64,000 nucleotides of DNA. Source: an uncultured bacterium. Its GTDB lineage: Bacteria > Zhuqueibacterota > QNDG01 > DTFT01. The position numbers and the translations under genes were made by a program. Below the pieces are notes generated by a model that saw only the letters and a list, made by a program, of their open reading frames with translations, ran no database searches and was not told the DNA's origin. Below are positions 1 to 11,132 of the stretch, piece after piece. The stretch spans positions 1-64,000 of the forward strand of contig CAVTNR010000027.1 of assembly GCA_963736115.1 (NCBI GenBank). The letters are read 5' to 3'. Position 1 is the stretch's first letter. The number at the start of each line of letters is the position of its first letter.

Positions 1-47
1 GTCAATAATAATAATCGTTATTAATTTAGGGAAAGTTTGACTTAAAG

Positions 48-882
48 TCAAGCGGATTCGCTCTCAATTGCGGCTGAAATATACCCGACTGTATAGGATC
101 CTGAAGATTTTCCCCGGAATTCGTCTTTTGAATTGCTTCTGTACAAGGTCCGTAAACGGTTGGCGCCCATCTTCATCGCTGTCTCAAGCACAATGGATAT
201 AGGCACTTTTCCGCACACCGTGCAGGTATCCGGCCTCAGAGTATTCCGGATCCCGTCCAGTTCCAGGGTTTCCAGCACTTCCGCCACACGTTGGTCCCCT
301 TTCGAACTGATTCGTAATTGTCCAGATGATGCATATCGCTGCTGGCGATGAGAACGGCTTTATGCCCCCGGAGTGCGTGGAGAAGTGCCTGAACCGCGTT
401 TTCAACTCGCCGCACATCGCGGTTCCCGATCATCAGCGGCAAAAGGCGGAACGGCTTCAGAACCGTCTGCAAAAAAGGAAGCTGTATTTCGATGGAATGT
501 TCTTCTTCCTGATCCAGTTCCGACACGTGCGTGTCGCGCCCCATCGCCTCGATCAGGTCCCGCGCGACTGGAACGCTTCCGAGCGGCGTTTCGTACGCGG
601 AAGCGGCGTGGACCATGATGTCGCCTGAGGGGAACCCGTGGAAGGGTGAAAGAACCGCCACGATTTCGACATCCCGTCCCTCCAGAAGACGATACCCGTG
701 GGCCGCGGTGAAACCCGAATAGACATATCCGGCGTGCGGGCTGATCAATCCGATGAGGCCGGAGTCTTCGTCGGACCCGGCTGCCGCACGGCGTCCAGAA
801 ACGAGCGGATCCATTTCCGGAGTTCTTCGGCGTCCCCGGGGTACCATTCCCCGGCGAGAACCGCATGTCGAACAGGCCGCAT
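48..882 (-). CDS. amrB: AmmeMemoRadiSam system protein B (MEMO1 family); two apparent frameshifts
   Basis: ATG at 882 behind GGGAGG gives MRPVRHAVLAGEWYPGD. ORF 236..847 has ISPHAGYVYSG, EHSIEIQLPFL, IASSDMHH. ORF 48..287 has VCGKVPI...VGYIS. The three pieces lie in different frames. Confidence 0.85.
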
Positions 883-906
883 GGCTTCCTCCCGTGCGGG
901 CGGCAA

Positions 907-1789
907 TCAGCAGAAAACATTGAGGGCGTGCGGAACGACTTCGATGCGGACCGGCAGACCGCCCAGCACATCGCCGTCGATCTGCGCGATAGTGGGATGG
1001 TCGGAATGAAATTCCACGCGCCGGACCCGGTAGTATCGGACGTGCTTCATCCTCAGGTGCTGGCGGTAAAACAGGCTCAGGACGAAACGGGCCAGCCCCA
1101 GCTGGGAGCGTCCCTTGTAGAGCAGAACGTCCAGAAACCCGTCATCCACTTCCGCGAAGGGAGTCATTTCGTGGGATCCGCCGTAGAAGTGGGTGTTGGC
1201 GGCGACGACGAAAGTCGCTCGCTCCTGCACCTTTCCATTGTCCAGCAGAACGCGAATCTCGACCGGCCGGTACTCGATAAAATCCTTGAGCCCCGCCCAG
1301 ACATAGGCATAGCGGCTGATGATTTTCTTGATGCGTTTGCTCGTGCGGCTGATGGCGTAAGCGTCGTATCCGCATCCCGCCATCATGGCGAAGTAGCGGC
1401 CGTTGGCCCGGCCCAGGTCGATGCGCCGGATCCGGCGGCGGGCGATGATTTCGGCGGCTTTGACCGGATCGAGCGGAATCGACAACTCGCGGGCCACCAC
1501 GTTACTGCCGCCGAACGGCAGAATGCCGAGCGGCACGTCGCTCGGCATGATGGCGTTGATCGCTTCGTTCGTTGTCCGTCTCCGCCCGCCACGAGGTTCG
1601 CGTCGAATCCCTCGGCGAGCGCCTCCTGCGTTACGGGCAGGACTTCTCCCCTCCCGCTTCGTGAAATGCACCGAGAGCTTGAATCCGTTCTTTCGCAGGA
1701 TGTCCAGGGACGGCTTGAGATACCGCTTGATCTTCCGCGGCTGGGACTCCCCGGTTGACGATGACTTTTGTCCGGAGAGTTCCCTTCAT
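907..1789 (-). CDS. Diacylglycerol/lipid kinase family protein (YegS/DAGK-like); frameshifted N-terminus
   Basis: MKGTLRTKVIVN start at 1789; VAGGDG in an adjacent frame, then TTNEAIN, PLGILPFGGSNVVARELSIP, IDLG, DDGFLDV, QIDGD. Confidence 0.85.
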
Positions 1790-4700
1790 CTGGCGGTCTC
1801 GGCCGCTCCCATGAAACGCTGAACCTCGCCGGTCCGGCGGTTGTAGGCGGAAATGGAAGTGCGGGGGCCGTATCCTGTGACGGCCAGCGCGGTGAGGGAT
1901 CCCTTTTCCTGGGGCACATAGCGACGGAGTTCAGGTAAGTTCCGTTTTCATCCAGAAAATGGATACCGTTCCGGTCCGTGACGAACAGTTCAATGGGCCG
2001 GTGGAAGCGGTCTCCCTGAATGTCGACGCCTTCCAGGTCCTCGGCAACCGCAATGCGGGAAGGATAGCAGAAGCGGGCCGGCTTGCCGACATCCGCCGGG
2101 CCGTTCTCTCCGAAACCGCCGAAAGAGCGGAGACAGAGGCCGTCCGGGCCGAAGATGAAAATCGAGTGGCGCGCCCAGTCCACCACATAGACATTGCCCC
2201 TGGAATCCGCGGCGACGCCTTCCGGGCTCTTCAGCCGGGTCGTATCCGGGAACTGCACCCGGAACTCCTCCTCGGCGGCGTGGTTGGCGGCGTCGCGGTA
2301 GAGCAGAATCTGCCCCTTGCGGGCCTGGGTTACCAAATAACCCTGGTGAACCCGGGAATAGGCGAAATCCCGGTACGCAACGTTGGACTGGAACGCCCGG
2401 ACGAGGCCTGTGGCAGCAAGGCCCGCGCCGCCTCCGGGAACGAAAACCGCGTTGCCGTCGAGCCGCTCGGTGAAACGCATCAGGTCGGCGTTACCGCGGC
2501 TGTCGGCGCGCACGAAGGACAGGGCCGGCACCAGAGAAATCACCAGACGCGTCTCACGCGGTACCGTAAATTTCACGGAACGGAAAACCGGGTGCGTCCC
2601 TCGCCGGTGACGCGGATCGAAGCGGTGTCGCCGAGGGGATAGGTTTTCCGGACCGTCCCGGTGCCGTCCAGTTCGACGGGTTCGCCGTTGACGTAGACGG
2701 ATGCGCCGAGGCCGGCGCCGTCCGGGAACGCGACGCTCAGCACCAGCGTCGAGAGAACGGCGCCGGTTCGCTCCCGGATCCCGGCGTTCAGCGCGGCGAA
2801 CGCGGCGGAACGCGGACGGATGCCCGGCGTCGGAAACGCGGACGGGGTGATCGCATCCTTCCGTATCCCGTACGGAGCGTGCGGGACAGTCCTTCCTGAA
2901 GAATGGCCGTCTTCTGGTAAACGGACTCGACGAACTGTTCAACCGAGACGTCGCCCCCGCGGCTCCAGCGCTCGGGGTACTGAATCGCGTCGAGTCGCAC
3001 ACCGCTCAGCACGTCGGTGCCTCCGGCCAGCGCCTCCCGGGATTCATCGATGGCGCGGTTCGCGGAAGCGGCGGCGTTCGCCCAGATCTCTCCGCCCGAT
3101 GCGCCTTCGGTTTTGCGGATGACGGCCTCGTAGCACTGCCGGGCGGCCGCGGTTTTCCGCTCCCGGCGCAGGATCTCGCCGAGGAAATAGGCCGCACGGA
3201 CACTCTGGCCCTCGTTGACGAGCGAAATAAACAGCCCCCGCGCGTCGTCGAACTCGTCCGCTGCGAGGAGGCTTCGCGCTCGGAGGTATTTACCTTCAAG
3301 TTCAAACTCGCCTCTGCAGTCCTTGACCCGGTCGGCTGCTTCTTTGAACCGGGCGCCCTTGTTTTTGACTTGGATCTCGGCGTCCAAAAACCGGTACAGG
3401 CCCTGGTAATACCGGGTTTCGGACTCGCGTTTGCTCTGGGTGAACTTGAACAGGGGCTCGATCTATTCAGAATGTTCCGCCGGTCCTGTCCCACGACCTG
3501 GTTGGCGCGCACGAGCAGGCTGCGCACGATTCCGAAAATGGCGTCGATCCGTGCGTCCGGGGAGCCCTCGAGGTTCTGCCAGACGTTTTTGGGATCGAGC
3601 AGAACGGCCGCCAGGTCCCGGAGCGCGGCTTTTTTCTCACGGACAAAAGCGGTCTCGGGCTCGAACTGATCGGCCTCCGCGAGGAACGCGCGGAGCGCGG
3701 TCCGGAACCGGCCGATACGGCCATCTCGAAAGACATGGTGAGGAGCTGGAGTCGCGCGTCTTCCCGCAGAACCCGCATGCGGAAATCCCCAGCGGATGCC
3801 TCCGTTCCGGTCAGAAAAGCCTCGAATGCGGCTTTGGCCTCCTCCGCTCCGGTCAGTGCGTTCAATCGGCCCGCCCAGAAACGGGATTCGGGCACGGCTG
3901 TGAAGGCCGGCGTCAGGTTCTGCTCGACGAGCGCGAAAATACGGTTGGTGAAGGTTTCGTTGTCCCTGAAACCCGCGCTGTTGGCGATGTCCCGGCTGTC
4001 GCGCAGGCCGCGGTAGAAGCTCCGCTCCGCCGCGGATGCGGACGCGGCCTGGCTTTCGAGGAGGCGGTCGAGGGCTTGCCGATCCTGCGCCGATCCGCTG
4101 TTCGGAGAGCGGTGAAGTCCGGCGGCCAGATCGGAGGCCGCCAGCACGGGCTGGGCATTGAGGAGACCGAGTCGGCGAGGCCCGAGTAGGCGGCGCGGTC
4201 GGAAGAAATCCGCCGCGGTCGCGGAAACGGTTGATGCCTTGCGCGGGTCGCGGAGAGATGAGAATGGCGGTCCGGATACGGATTCATAGACGCATCCCCG
4301 CTCGTACGCGGCGTCGCGGTGTCGGATCAGGGCCGCGGTCCTGAGATCCGCGGAAGCGGCCGGGTCCGAGGCCGCGGCGCGGAATGAGGCGGCCGCGGCG
4401 ATGCACCCGTCCACGGCCTTCTGCGCCTGGAAGTTCTGAGCCAGTGCCGCGATGCGGAGGCGCTGATGCTCCGCGAGCCGGAGCGCGGTCTCGCCCTCCA
4501 TGTACAATGCGGCCACTCGCAGGGAATCATCCGAGGACTTGGACAGGTCGCGGAAGTTCGCGTGCGCCTTTTCCAGGTCATCCGCTGCGCCGCCTCTCAG
4601 CTCGGACACGCGGAAAAAAGCCCAGGCTTTCTTATACCGCGCGTTGTCGACCAGGTAGGGATTGGATTCGCGAAGGGGTACACGCTTCAGGCATTCGTCG

Positions 4701-4972
4701 AAAGCCGCCAGAGCCTCGTCGAAATGGTTCACGGCATCAGACGCGTTCGCGGACGCGAGCCCCAGGTTGTACCGGCTTTCGCCGATGTAATAGTATCCCA
4801 GTTCGGCTTCCGCGGGCGTGCGTTTCATCCAGGCCCGGATGGAATCGATGGCGGCCTGGTATTCTCCGCGGTTGAAAAGCTGGAGCCGGCTGGAGCCGAA
4901 AAAGGGCTCCTGCGCCGACGCCGCGGCGCAGAAGAGCATCGCGATAACCGTGAAGACCTTCTGGATGCGCAT
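1786..4972 (-). CDS. Large secreted TPR-repeat protein with C-terminal NHL-type beta-propeller; several frameshifts
   Basis: Signal peptide MRIQKVFTVIAMLFCAAASA; TPR-like YYIGESRYNLG, ALYMEGE, AAYFLGEI; NHL-like LKSPEGVAADSRGNVYVVDW, FCYPSRIAV. Pieces in ORFs 3467..4972, 2788..3387, 1383..3002. Stop at 1786 overlaps the DAGK start (ATGA). Confidence 0.65.
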
Positions 4973-5052
4973 GAAAGGAACCTCGCTGTCTATGAAGTCC
5001 GCCAGTTTCTTTCGGATGAGACGATTGATCTCAAAGTGAAATAATCCGTTAA

Positions 5053-5081
5053 ATTATACGAATGAATTTTATTAAAATCAA
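5053..5081 (-). promoter_or_regulatory. sigma70-type promoter for the TPR/NHL-DAGK-amrB operon
   Basis: TTGATT-17 nt-TATAAT on the minus strand, ~80 nt upstream of ATG 4972. Confidence 0.7.
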
Positions 5082-5303
5082 CTCCTTTAATTCCATCCCC
5101 TTATGCAGGCAGGAAAACCCGGGTAAAAACATGCATTCCATCAATGCACAAACCAAGCCGTTCTATTGAACTTAGCGGCTTTCTGTGACATTTTCTTCAA
5201 AAATGAAATAATGCCCGGAACGGAGATCACGAACCATCATCAAGACACCCTTCATCGCGCTCCCAAGAACCCGCGAATGAATGTTAACAGCTCCTACCGG
5301 ACG

Positions 5304-8300
5304 TCATTTCATGAGCATCATTTTCCTGGAGACCGTGAACCGTCCTGCTTGAATCCGGACGACATAGATGCCGGACAGGACAGCCGCGCCGGTCCCGTCC
5401 CTCCCGTCCCAGACCACGCTGTGCCATCCCGCATTCTTTCTGCCCTCCAGGAGGATTCGGACCCGCTGGCCCAGGGCATTGTAGATCTCCAGCCGGACAT
5501 CCGATGCCCTCGGCAGTCCGAAACCGATGGTGGTCTCCGGATTGAAGGGATTCGGATGGTTGGGAAGCAAGGTGAACCGGAGAGGCGCCGTCATGAAGGC
5601 GGAATTCTCCTCCGGGTATTCCACGCCGTCCCATACGGTGATGAATCCCGTATTCCTGTTGTCGTGATGCAGTTTCGGCCAGTCGCTGTCCGCCAATCCC
5701 GCGCTCCCGGTGTGAAAAGCGTACAGGTTTCCATCGTTCCATCCGACGAGAACCGTTCCGTCCTGCGCGATGGCCGGTGCGCTGCATCCGTCCGCGCCGT
5801 GAATCGGATAGGACCAATGCAGGGTTCCGTCCGGATTCAACGAATAAAAACGGGAATCGCCGGAACCAAAATAGATGCGGCCGTCGGAATCCACCGCCGC
5901 AGAAGAGGAGATCGGACCATCCGTCTGGAAGACCCAGGCCGTTGAACCGTCCGGATTCACCGCGAACATTCGTCCGTCACCCGATCCGCAATAGATCACG
6001 CCCCCCGGACCGAGGACGGGATCCACGAAGGACGCTCCTTCGACGGGATATGCCCAGAGCAGGGTATTCCCATGCAGAGCCAGCAAAGAATCCCCGGCAC
6101 CGATATAAAGCCGGCCGTATCGATCGATCGCAGCCGATGTGAAATCCCTGCCTTCGCTGAACTCCCATGCAGGGTTGCCGTCTCCGTAAATCGAGATCAA
6201 GACGGACCCTTCCCCCGGAGAAGTCCTTTCCGCTCCGAAGGTGACAACACCGAACGACCCTATTGCAGGATCTGAAACGGCCTCGAACCCGTCATTCGCC
6301 ATGTTCCAGTTCATGGAACCGTCATCCAGGAGACAGAAATATCCGAAAAAAAGCGCATTGTCGTGGGTTGCCGGCGTTACTCTTTTCCAATTCCGATCCG
6401 CGTACCCTTCGGCCGTCCATTTCACGGTACCGTCTGGAGACACTGTTTTTCCCTTGAAATACACGGATCCGTCCTCGAGCAGCACGGGATCCGTTTCATT
6501 GTCCGTTTCTCCGAATCCGACGCTCCACCGCAGGGATCCATCCGGATGAAGCGCATGAAGCCCGTTCCCGAACCAGGGCGATCCGACATAAACGGTGCCA
6601 TCCGTGCCGACGGCCGGCGATGAATGGAAATGGTAACTGAATGCGTCCCCCATTTCGTTTCCGACGGGGGCGCTTCCGACGAAGGCCGTCCATTTCAACC
6701 CGCAATGGATCTTCACGAAATCCGACGAGGATGCGCCGGAACCGTCCGACACCGTCAATCGGAACCGGTATATTCCGTGTGTCGAAAGCCTGACGGTGGC
6801 CGAAGCGTTTTCCGGTGTCGTGATCACAACCGAGGCCCCTTCCGGTTTTTCAAGGCATTGCCAGGAGTACGTCATCGGGCCCGGGTTCGGGCTGAATGAG
6901 TCGCTCCCGTCGAGTGTGATGGGCACTCCCGGATTGGTCTGCAGACGGTTCGAAGCGGCGATCGCCACCGGCGATCCCTCTTTCAGAAGACATCCCGTGT
7001 TTCCGGGGTTGCCTTTTGTTTTGGCCCAGGGGCCATCCCCCAGGCCGGATCTGCCGGAAAAGATGGCCTTCAATTGCCCGCCGTGCTGGATGATGACTGT
7101 GCTGTCCGGTGTCAACGCCGGGGATGAGGATGCGATCGGGGCGAGTATGTACCACGACACGGGTTCCAGATCCAGATTCAACGCGTAGTAGAAATTATTG
7201 CCGTCCCCGACATAGATCCGTCCGTCGGACCCGATTGCGGGTGTGGATTGAACGGGACCAAGGCTGTTGTTCATCAGATGACCCGTTCGATCGCTTCCAT
7301 CCGGATTCAGCACCGTCATCCCGCCGATCCCGTCCCCGAAATAGACGGCGCCGTCCGCATCGACAACAGGCGAGTTCGCCACCCATGCATACGGCACGAC
7401 TCGATGCCATCGCATCTTCCCGTCCACGTCCACCGCGAACAGTGCGCCGTCTTCGCCTATGGGATTCCCACGAAAATATTTCGCGACTCCGACGTATACC
7501 GTCCCATCCGCCCCGAGCCCCGGCACGCCCGTGATTTTCGAGAGTGTCCCGAATTTCCATTTCAGGGAACCGTCCCGTCTGAGCGCGAACAGCGTGTCCC
7601 CGGAAGCGGCGTATACCGTGCCGCCGGTGCCGATCACAGGCGCATAAATGACCGGACTGCCTGTGAAAAAGCTCCATTTGGGTCCGACCGAAGCCGGTTC
7701 CATGGATTCTGGGAGATCGTCAAAAGAAGTGCCTGCGGCTAACCTGGATACACGTCCATCCTCTGAACCGACATACAGGTCCCCGTCCGGTCCGATCGAA
7801 GGCGACGTGTACTTCTTCCCCGCCTCCCCGTTCAGCATCCATTTCAGCGTTCCAGCCGGATCCACAGCGAACAGCATGTCCGATGCGGCTCCGTAAACCG
7901 TACCGTCCGCTGCCAGCGCCACGGGCTCCAGAACGGCTCGATCCAGTTTTTTCGTCCATTTCTCCGTCCCGTCCGGATTCAATGCCACCAGCATTGAATC
8001 AGCGGACCCCGCATAGATCGTTCCGTCCGGCCCCACGGCCGGACAGGAGATAAATCCGTTTCCCGCGTCCCCGTATGTCCACAGGATGTCGCCGGGTTCG
8101 GGCGGATTCACGGGCGGCTCCTCTTCCCCTGCCGCCTGGACGCTTCCCGAATTGCGGGTGTCGTGTCTGAACTTCGGCCACGGCGCGTCGGCAAGTCCTC
8201 CGCTCTCCGTGCGGATCGCGTACACCCAGCCGTCGCGCGACCCGACATACAGAATCCCGTCAGATGACATGGCAGGAGAAGACCAGACCTCCCCGCCCGT

Positions 8301-10346
8301 GTACACGGTCCACTCCACCGCACCTTCCATTGTCACGGCATACACTCCGGCGTCATGACAGCCCACATAGATCCGGTTGTCAGCCCCGACCAGGGGCGAG
8401 GACCAGATCTGTCCCGGAACGTCCAGTGTCCATTTCTCCGTTCCATCCCGGTTCAGGGCCAGGAGCTTGTTTTCCCGGAGTCCGACGAGGATCGTCCCGT
8501 CCGGGGCGATGGCAGGTGATGACCAGATGTTCCAGGACGCGGTGTAATGCCATTTCTCCGATCCGTCCGCGTTTACAGCGTACACCCGGTTGTCCCCGCA
8601 TCCGAAGTAAACGGTGCCATCCGTGTCGATGGCCGCGGATGTCCCGATGCCTCCCCCGGCCGTGAACCGCCATTTCTCGCTGCCATCCGGTCTCAGCGCG
8701 TAGAAGTTTTTATCGTCCGCGCCGAAAAAGATGGTGCTGTCTCTTCCGATCACGGGAGACGAGTACACGGTGGCGCCGGTCTCGAAAGTCCATTTCGGGC
8801 TCCCGTTTCCGTTGATCGCATGAAGCCTGTGATCCAGGGATCCCGCGTAAACGGTCCCGTCCAGGGAAACCGCGGGAGTGGAAATAATCTGTCCGCCGGC
8901 CCGGTATGTCCACTTCACGGTTCCGTCCGTATTCACCGCGTGCAGAAGGCTGTCCGTGGATCCGACGTATACCGTGCTGTCCGGCCCCACGGCAGGAGAG
9001 GCGATGATCGCTCCATGGGTCCGGTAGGCCCACTGCGGCGTCCCGTCCGGATTCACGCCGTGGAGCGAGCCTTCCGCGGATCCGATGTAAACCGTACCGT
9101 CGGAACCCAGGGCCGGAGAGGACCACTGGATGTTCGAGTCTGTGTCGAAACGCCAGACAATACGGGGATCGAGAACAGGATCTTCCCCCGGGTCCGCGTC
9201 ATCCAGAAGACTCCCCGTATTCCTGATATTCGCCTTCGATTTGACCCAGCGGCCGTGAGCCAGACCGCTTCCCTCATTGTCCATCGCGGAGATAGCCCCG
9301 TGCGCGACGATCACCGAACCGTCATCGGCAAGAGTCGGTGAAGCGGAATTCATGCTCATGTCATAGTAGTACCATCCGGTTCCCGAAGGTTGCGGATTGG
9401 CGGACAATTGTGTGTTCCCGCTCCCGATGTAGATCGTACCATCCAGTCCGATCGCGGGAGTGGATGTCGCGGGAGCTGAACTCTGATTGAGCATCCAGCC
9501 TTTCTTGTACGTTCCATCGGGATTATAAATGGCGAATGCGCCGTAGAGACTCCCGATACAGACGGATCCGTCCGGTGCGACAACCGGTGAATTCGTGAAT
9601 CGAACCCCTTGAATCGTGTTTTTCCGCCAGAGCTGTTGGCCGCTGTAATTGACCGCGAAGAAGTACGCTTCAACGTTATTGGGGAAGAGTTCTCCGAGGC
9701 CGGTGGCGACGTAGGTGACTCCCTCGTCGGTGAGCGCGGGAATCCCGCTGATCGGATTGACGGTCCCGAAAGCCCATTTCCGGGTTCCATCCGGTTTCAT
9801 CGCGTACAGCGTGTCGGCTGATGCGACGAAAATCGTGCCTTCTATACCAATGGACGGTGAATGGACGACCGGACCGCAGGTCGGGAATGACCATTTCACT
9901 GAGCCGGAGGGATGTACGGCGTGGAGATGACCGTCTTCGGACCCGACGTATACGGTTCCGTCAGGGCCGATGGAGGGAGATGTCAGTTTTTTTCCGTCCT
10001 GAATGATGAATCCCCACTTGAAAGAACCGTCCGTGCGCATGGCGATCAGTTCATGGTGGGCCGAAATGTAGAGCGTGCCGTTCGAGGCCAGGGACACAGG
10101 CTCGCGGATAGGCCACCCCACTATTCTCTCCCATTTCAGGGACCCGTCCTGATTCAACGCGACCATTTTCGAATTCCAGGATCCCGCATAGATGGAACCG
10201 TCCGGCCCGATCGCGGGACAGGAATGGAAATCGTCAGACGGAACGCCGTACGTCCACTTCACGGAGCCCGGAACCGGGATTTGCGCCTGCGAGACGTTGA
10301 GAAGGAGGAACAGCGAGGAAAGGACCTGAGCGGGCAAGCGTTTCAT
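5304..10346 (-). CDS. Secreted 1680-aa protein: four PQQ-like/BamB-type beta-propellers, a PKD-like domain and a FlgD-Ig/T9SS-type C-terminal sorting domain
   Basis: Signal peptide; many SSPAxxxDGTVYVGS..LxAxxxDGxxKW repeats; ITLDGSDSFSP..YSWQ..YRFRLTVSDG; C-terminus NHPNPFNPETTIGF..VWDGRD..SGIYVVRI..RKMMLMK. Confidence 0.9.
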   Translation of the reverse strand: MKRLPAQVLSSLFLLLNVSQAQIPVPGSVKWTYGVPSDDFHSCPAIGPDGSIYAGSWNSKMVALNQDGSLKWERIVGWPIREPVSLASNGTLYISAHHELIAMRTDGSFKWGFIIQDGKKLTSPSIGPDGTVYVGSEDGHLHAVHPSGSVKWSFPTCGPVVHSPSIGIEGTIFVASADTLYAMKPDGTRKWAFGTVNPISGIPALTDEGVTYVATGLGELFPNNVEAYFFAVNYSGQQLWRKNTIQGVRFTNSPVVAPDGSVCIGSLYGAFAIYNPDGTYKKGWMLNQSSAPATSTPAIGLDGTIYIGSGNTQLSANPQPSGTGWYYYDMSMNSASPTLADDGSVIVAHGAISAMDNEGSGLAHGRWVKSKANIRNTGSLLDDADPGEDPVLDPRIVWRFDTDSNIQWSSPALGSDGTVYIGSAEGSLHGVNPDGTPQWAYRTHGAIIASPAVGPDSTVYVGSTDSLLHAVNTDGTVKWTYRAGGQIISTPAVSLDGTVYAGSLDHRLHAINGNGSPKWTFETGATVYSSPVIGRDSTIFFGADDKNFYALRPDGSEKWRFTAGGGIGTSAAIDTDGTVYFGCGDNRVYAVNADGSEKWHYTASWNIWSSPAIAPDGTILVGLRENKLLALNRDGTEKWTLDVPGQIWSSPLVGADNRIYVGCHDAGVYAVTMEGAVEWTVYTGGEVWSSPAMSSDGILYVGSRDGWVYAIRTESGGLADAPWPKFRHDTRNSGSVQAAGEEEPPVNPPEPGDILWTYGDAGNGFISCPAVGPDGTIYAGSADSMLVALNPDGTEKWTKKLDRAVLEPVALAADGTVYGAASDMLFAVDPAGTLKWMLNGEAGKKYTSPSIGPDGDLYVGSEDGRVSRLAAGTSFDDLPESMEPASVGPKWSFFTGSPVIYAPVIGTGGTVYAASGDTLFALRRDGSLKWKFGTLSKITGVPGLGADGTVYVGVAKYFRGNPIGEDGALFAVDVDGKMRWHRVVPYAWVANSPVVDADGAVYFGDGIGGMTVLNPDGSDRTGHLMNNSLGPVQSTPAIGSDGRIYVGDGNNFYYALNLDLEPVSWYILAPIASSSPALTPDSTVIIQHGGQLKAIFSGRSGLGDGPWAKTKGNPGNTGCLLKEGSPVAIAASNRLQTNPGVPITLDGSDSFSPNPGPMTYSWQCLEKPEGASVVITTPENASATVRLSTHGIYRFRLTVSDGSGASSSDFVKIHCGLKWTAFVGSAPVGNEMGDAFSYHFHSSPAVGTDGTVYVGSPWFGNGLHALHPDGSLRWSVGFGETDNETDPVLLEDGSVYFKGKTVSPDGTVKWTAEGYADRNWKRVTPATHDNALFFGYFCLLDDGSMNWNMANDGFEAVSDPAIGSFGVVTFGAERTSPGEGSVLISIYGDGNPAWEFSEGRDFTSAAIDRYGRLYIGAGDSLLALHGNTLLWAYPVEGASFVDPVLGPGGVIYCGSGDGRMFAVNPDGSTAWVFQTDGPISSSAAVDSDGRIYFGSGDSRFYSLNPDGTLHWSYPIHGADGCSAPAIAQDGTVLVGWNDGNLYAFHTGSAGLADSDWPKLHHDNRNTGFITVWDGVEYPEENSAFMTAPLRFTLLPNHPNPFNPETTIGFGLPRASDVRLEIYNALGQRVRILLEGRKNAGWHSVVWDGRDGTGAAVLSGIYVVRIQAGRFTVSRKMMLMK

Positions 10347-10484
10347 GGTGTCTCCCTCCCCGTGGAATGGATACCGATGGCTGCCGGGAATGACCCAGAA
10401 GGCGCTTCGGGGGCGAAGCGGTCCTGTGATTCCCAGGGCGGCGATGAATCGGATATCGAAAAGCGCGGAACGCGCCGGAGAAGA

Positions 10485-11132
10485 CTACTTGACCACCCGG
10501 ACGAGCGGCGGATCGATGCCCGTCACGTTGTGGAGCCGGCCGTCGAGAACCGGAATTTCCCGGTCGATGTCCGGGTTCCGTTTCAGCCCGGACGTGTAGA
10601 TGATCAGCTTCTCGCCTTCGGAGGGCAGATTGAAATGGAATACCACGCGTCCGCTCTTGAGCGGCTTGTACACCCACGACTTCACGGACTGGACGATAAA
10701 CCGGCCGGCCCGGGCGTGGTCCACGTCGATCACGTCCGTGATCGCGATGCGTCCGTCGGACCCGATCATGGCGTACACCCGCACGTCGGCCCGGTAGTCG
10801 ATCACCTGAAGCTGGCGCCAGTCGACGGGCTCGGACCGGAGCAGGTCCACTGAGAAGACATTGGGTTTTTCCTGGGGAATGTCGATGAGGATGCCGTATA
10901 TGCCGGGCCGCCTGGGGACTTCGATGATTTCGCTGGCTGCCATTCGCGGCGTGAAAGGCTTGTCCGATGGCAGACGCAGATACAGCGCCGTGAGCAGGCC
11001 CGAGACGGCCAGAATCGGAACGGCCGCCAGCAGCCAGATCCACCACCGTCTTCGGGCGGATCCTGCGGATTTTGCTTCGGTCCCCGCCCGTGTGATACCG
11101 GCGGAGGCCCGAAGTCTGCCTTCGGTCCTCAT
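10485..11132 (-). CDS. TonB-family energy transducer-like protein (single TM, TonB_C-like domain)
   Basis: TM WWIWLLAAVPILAVSGLLTALYL; VYAMIGSDGRI..QSVKSWVYKP..VFHF resembles TonB_C; ATG at 11132 overlaps the exbD stop. Confidence 0.65.
   Translation of the reverse strand: MRTEGRLRASAGITRAGTEAKSAGSARRRWWIWLLAAVPILAVSGLLTALYLRLPSDKPFTPRMAASEIIEVPRRPGIYGILIDIPQEKPNVFSVDLLRSEPVDWRQLQVIDYRADVRVYAMIGSDGRIAITDVIDVDHARAGRFIVQSVKSWVYKPLKSGRVVFHFNLPSEGEKLIIYTSGLKRNPDIDREIPVLDGRLHNVTGIDPPLVRVVK

Noticed and set aside
5700-10260. Recurrent near-identical segments suggesting a DGR template/variable repeat
   Set aside because: Explained by propeller blade repeats; no adenine-specific mismatch pattern noticed and no reverse transcriptase in the window
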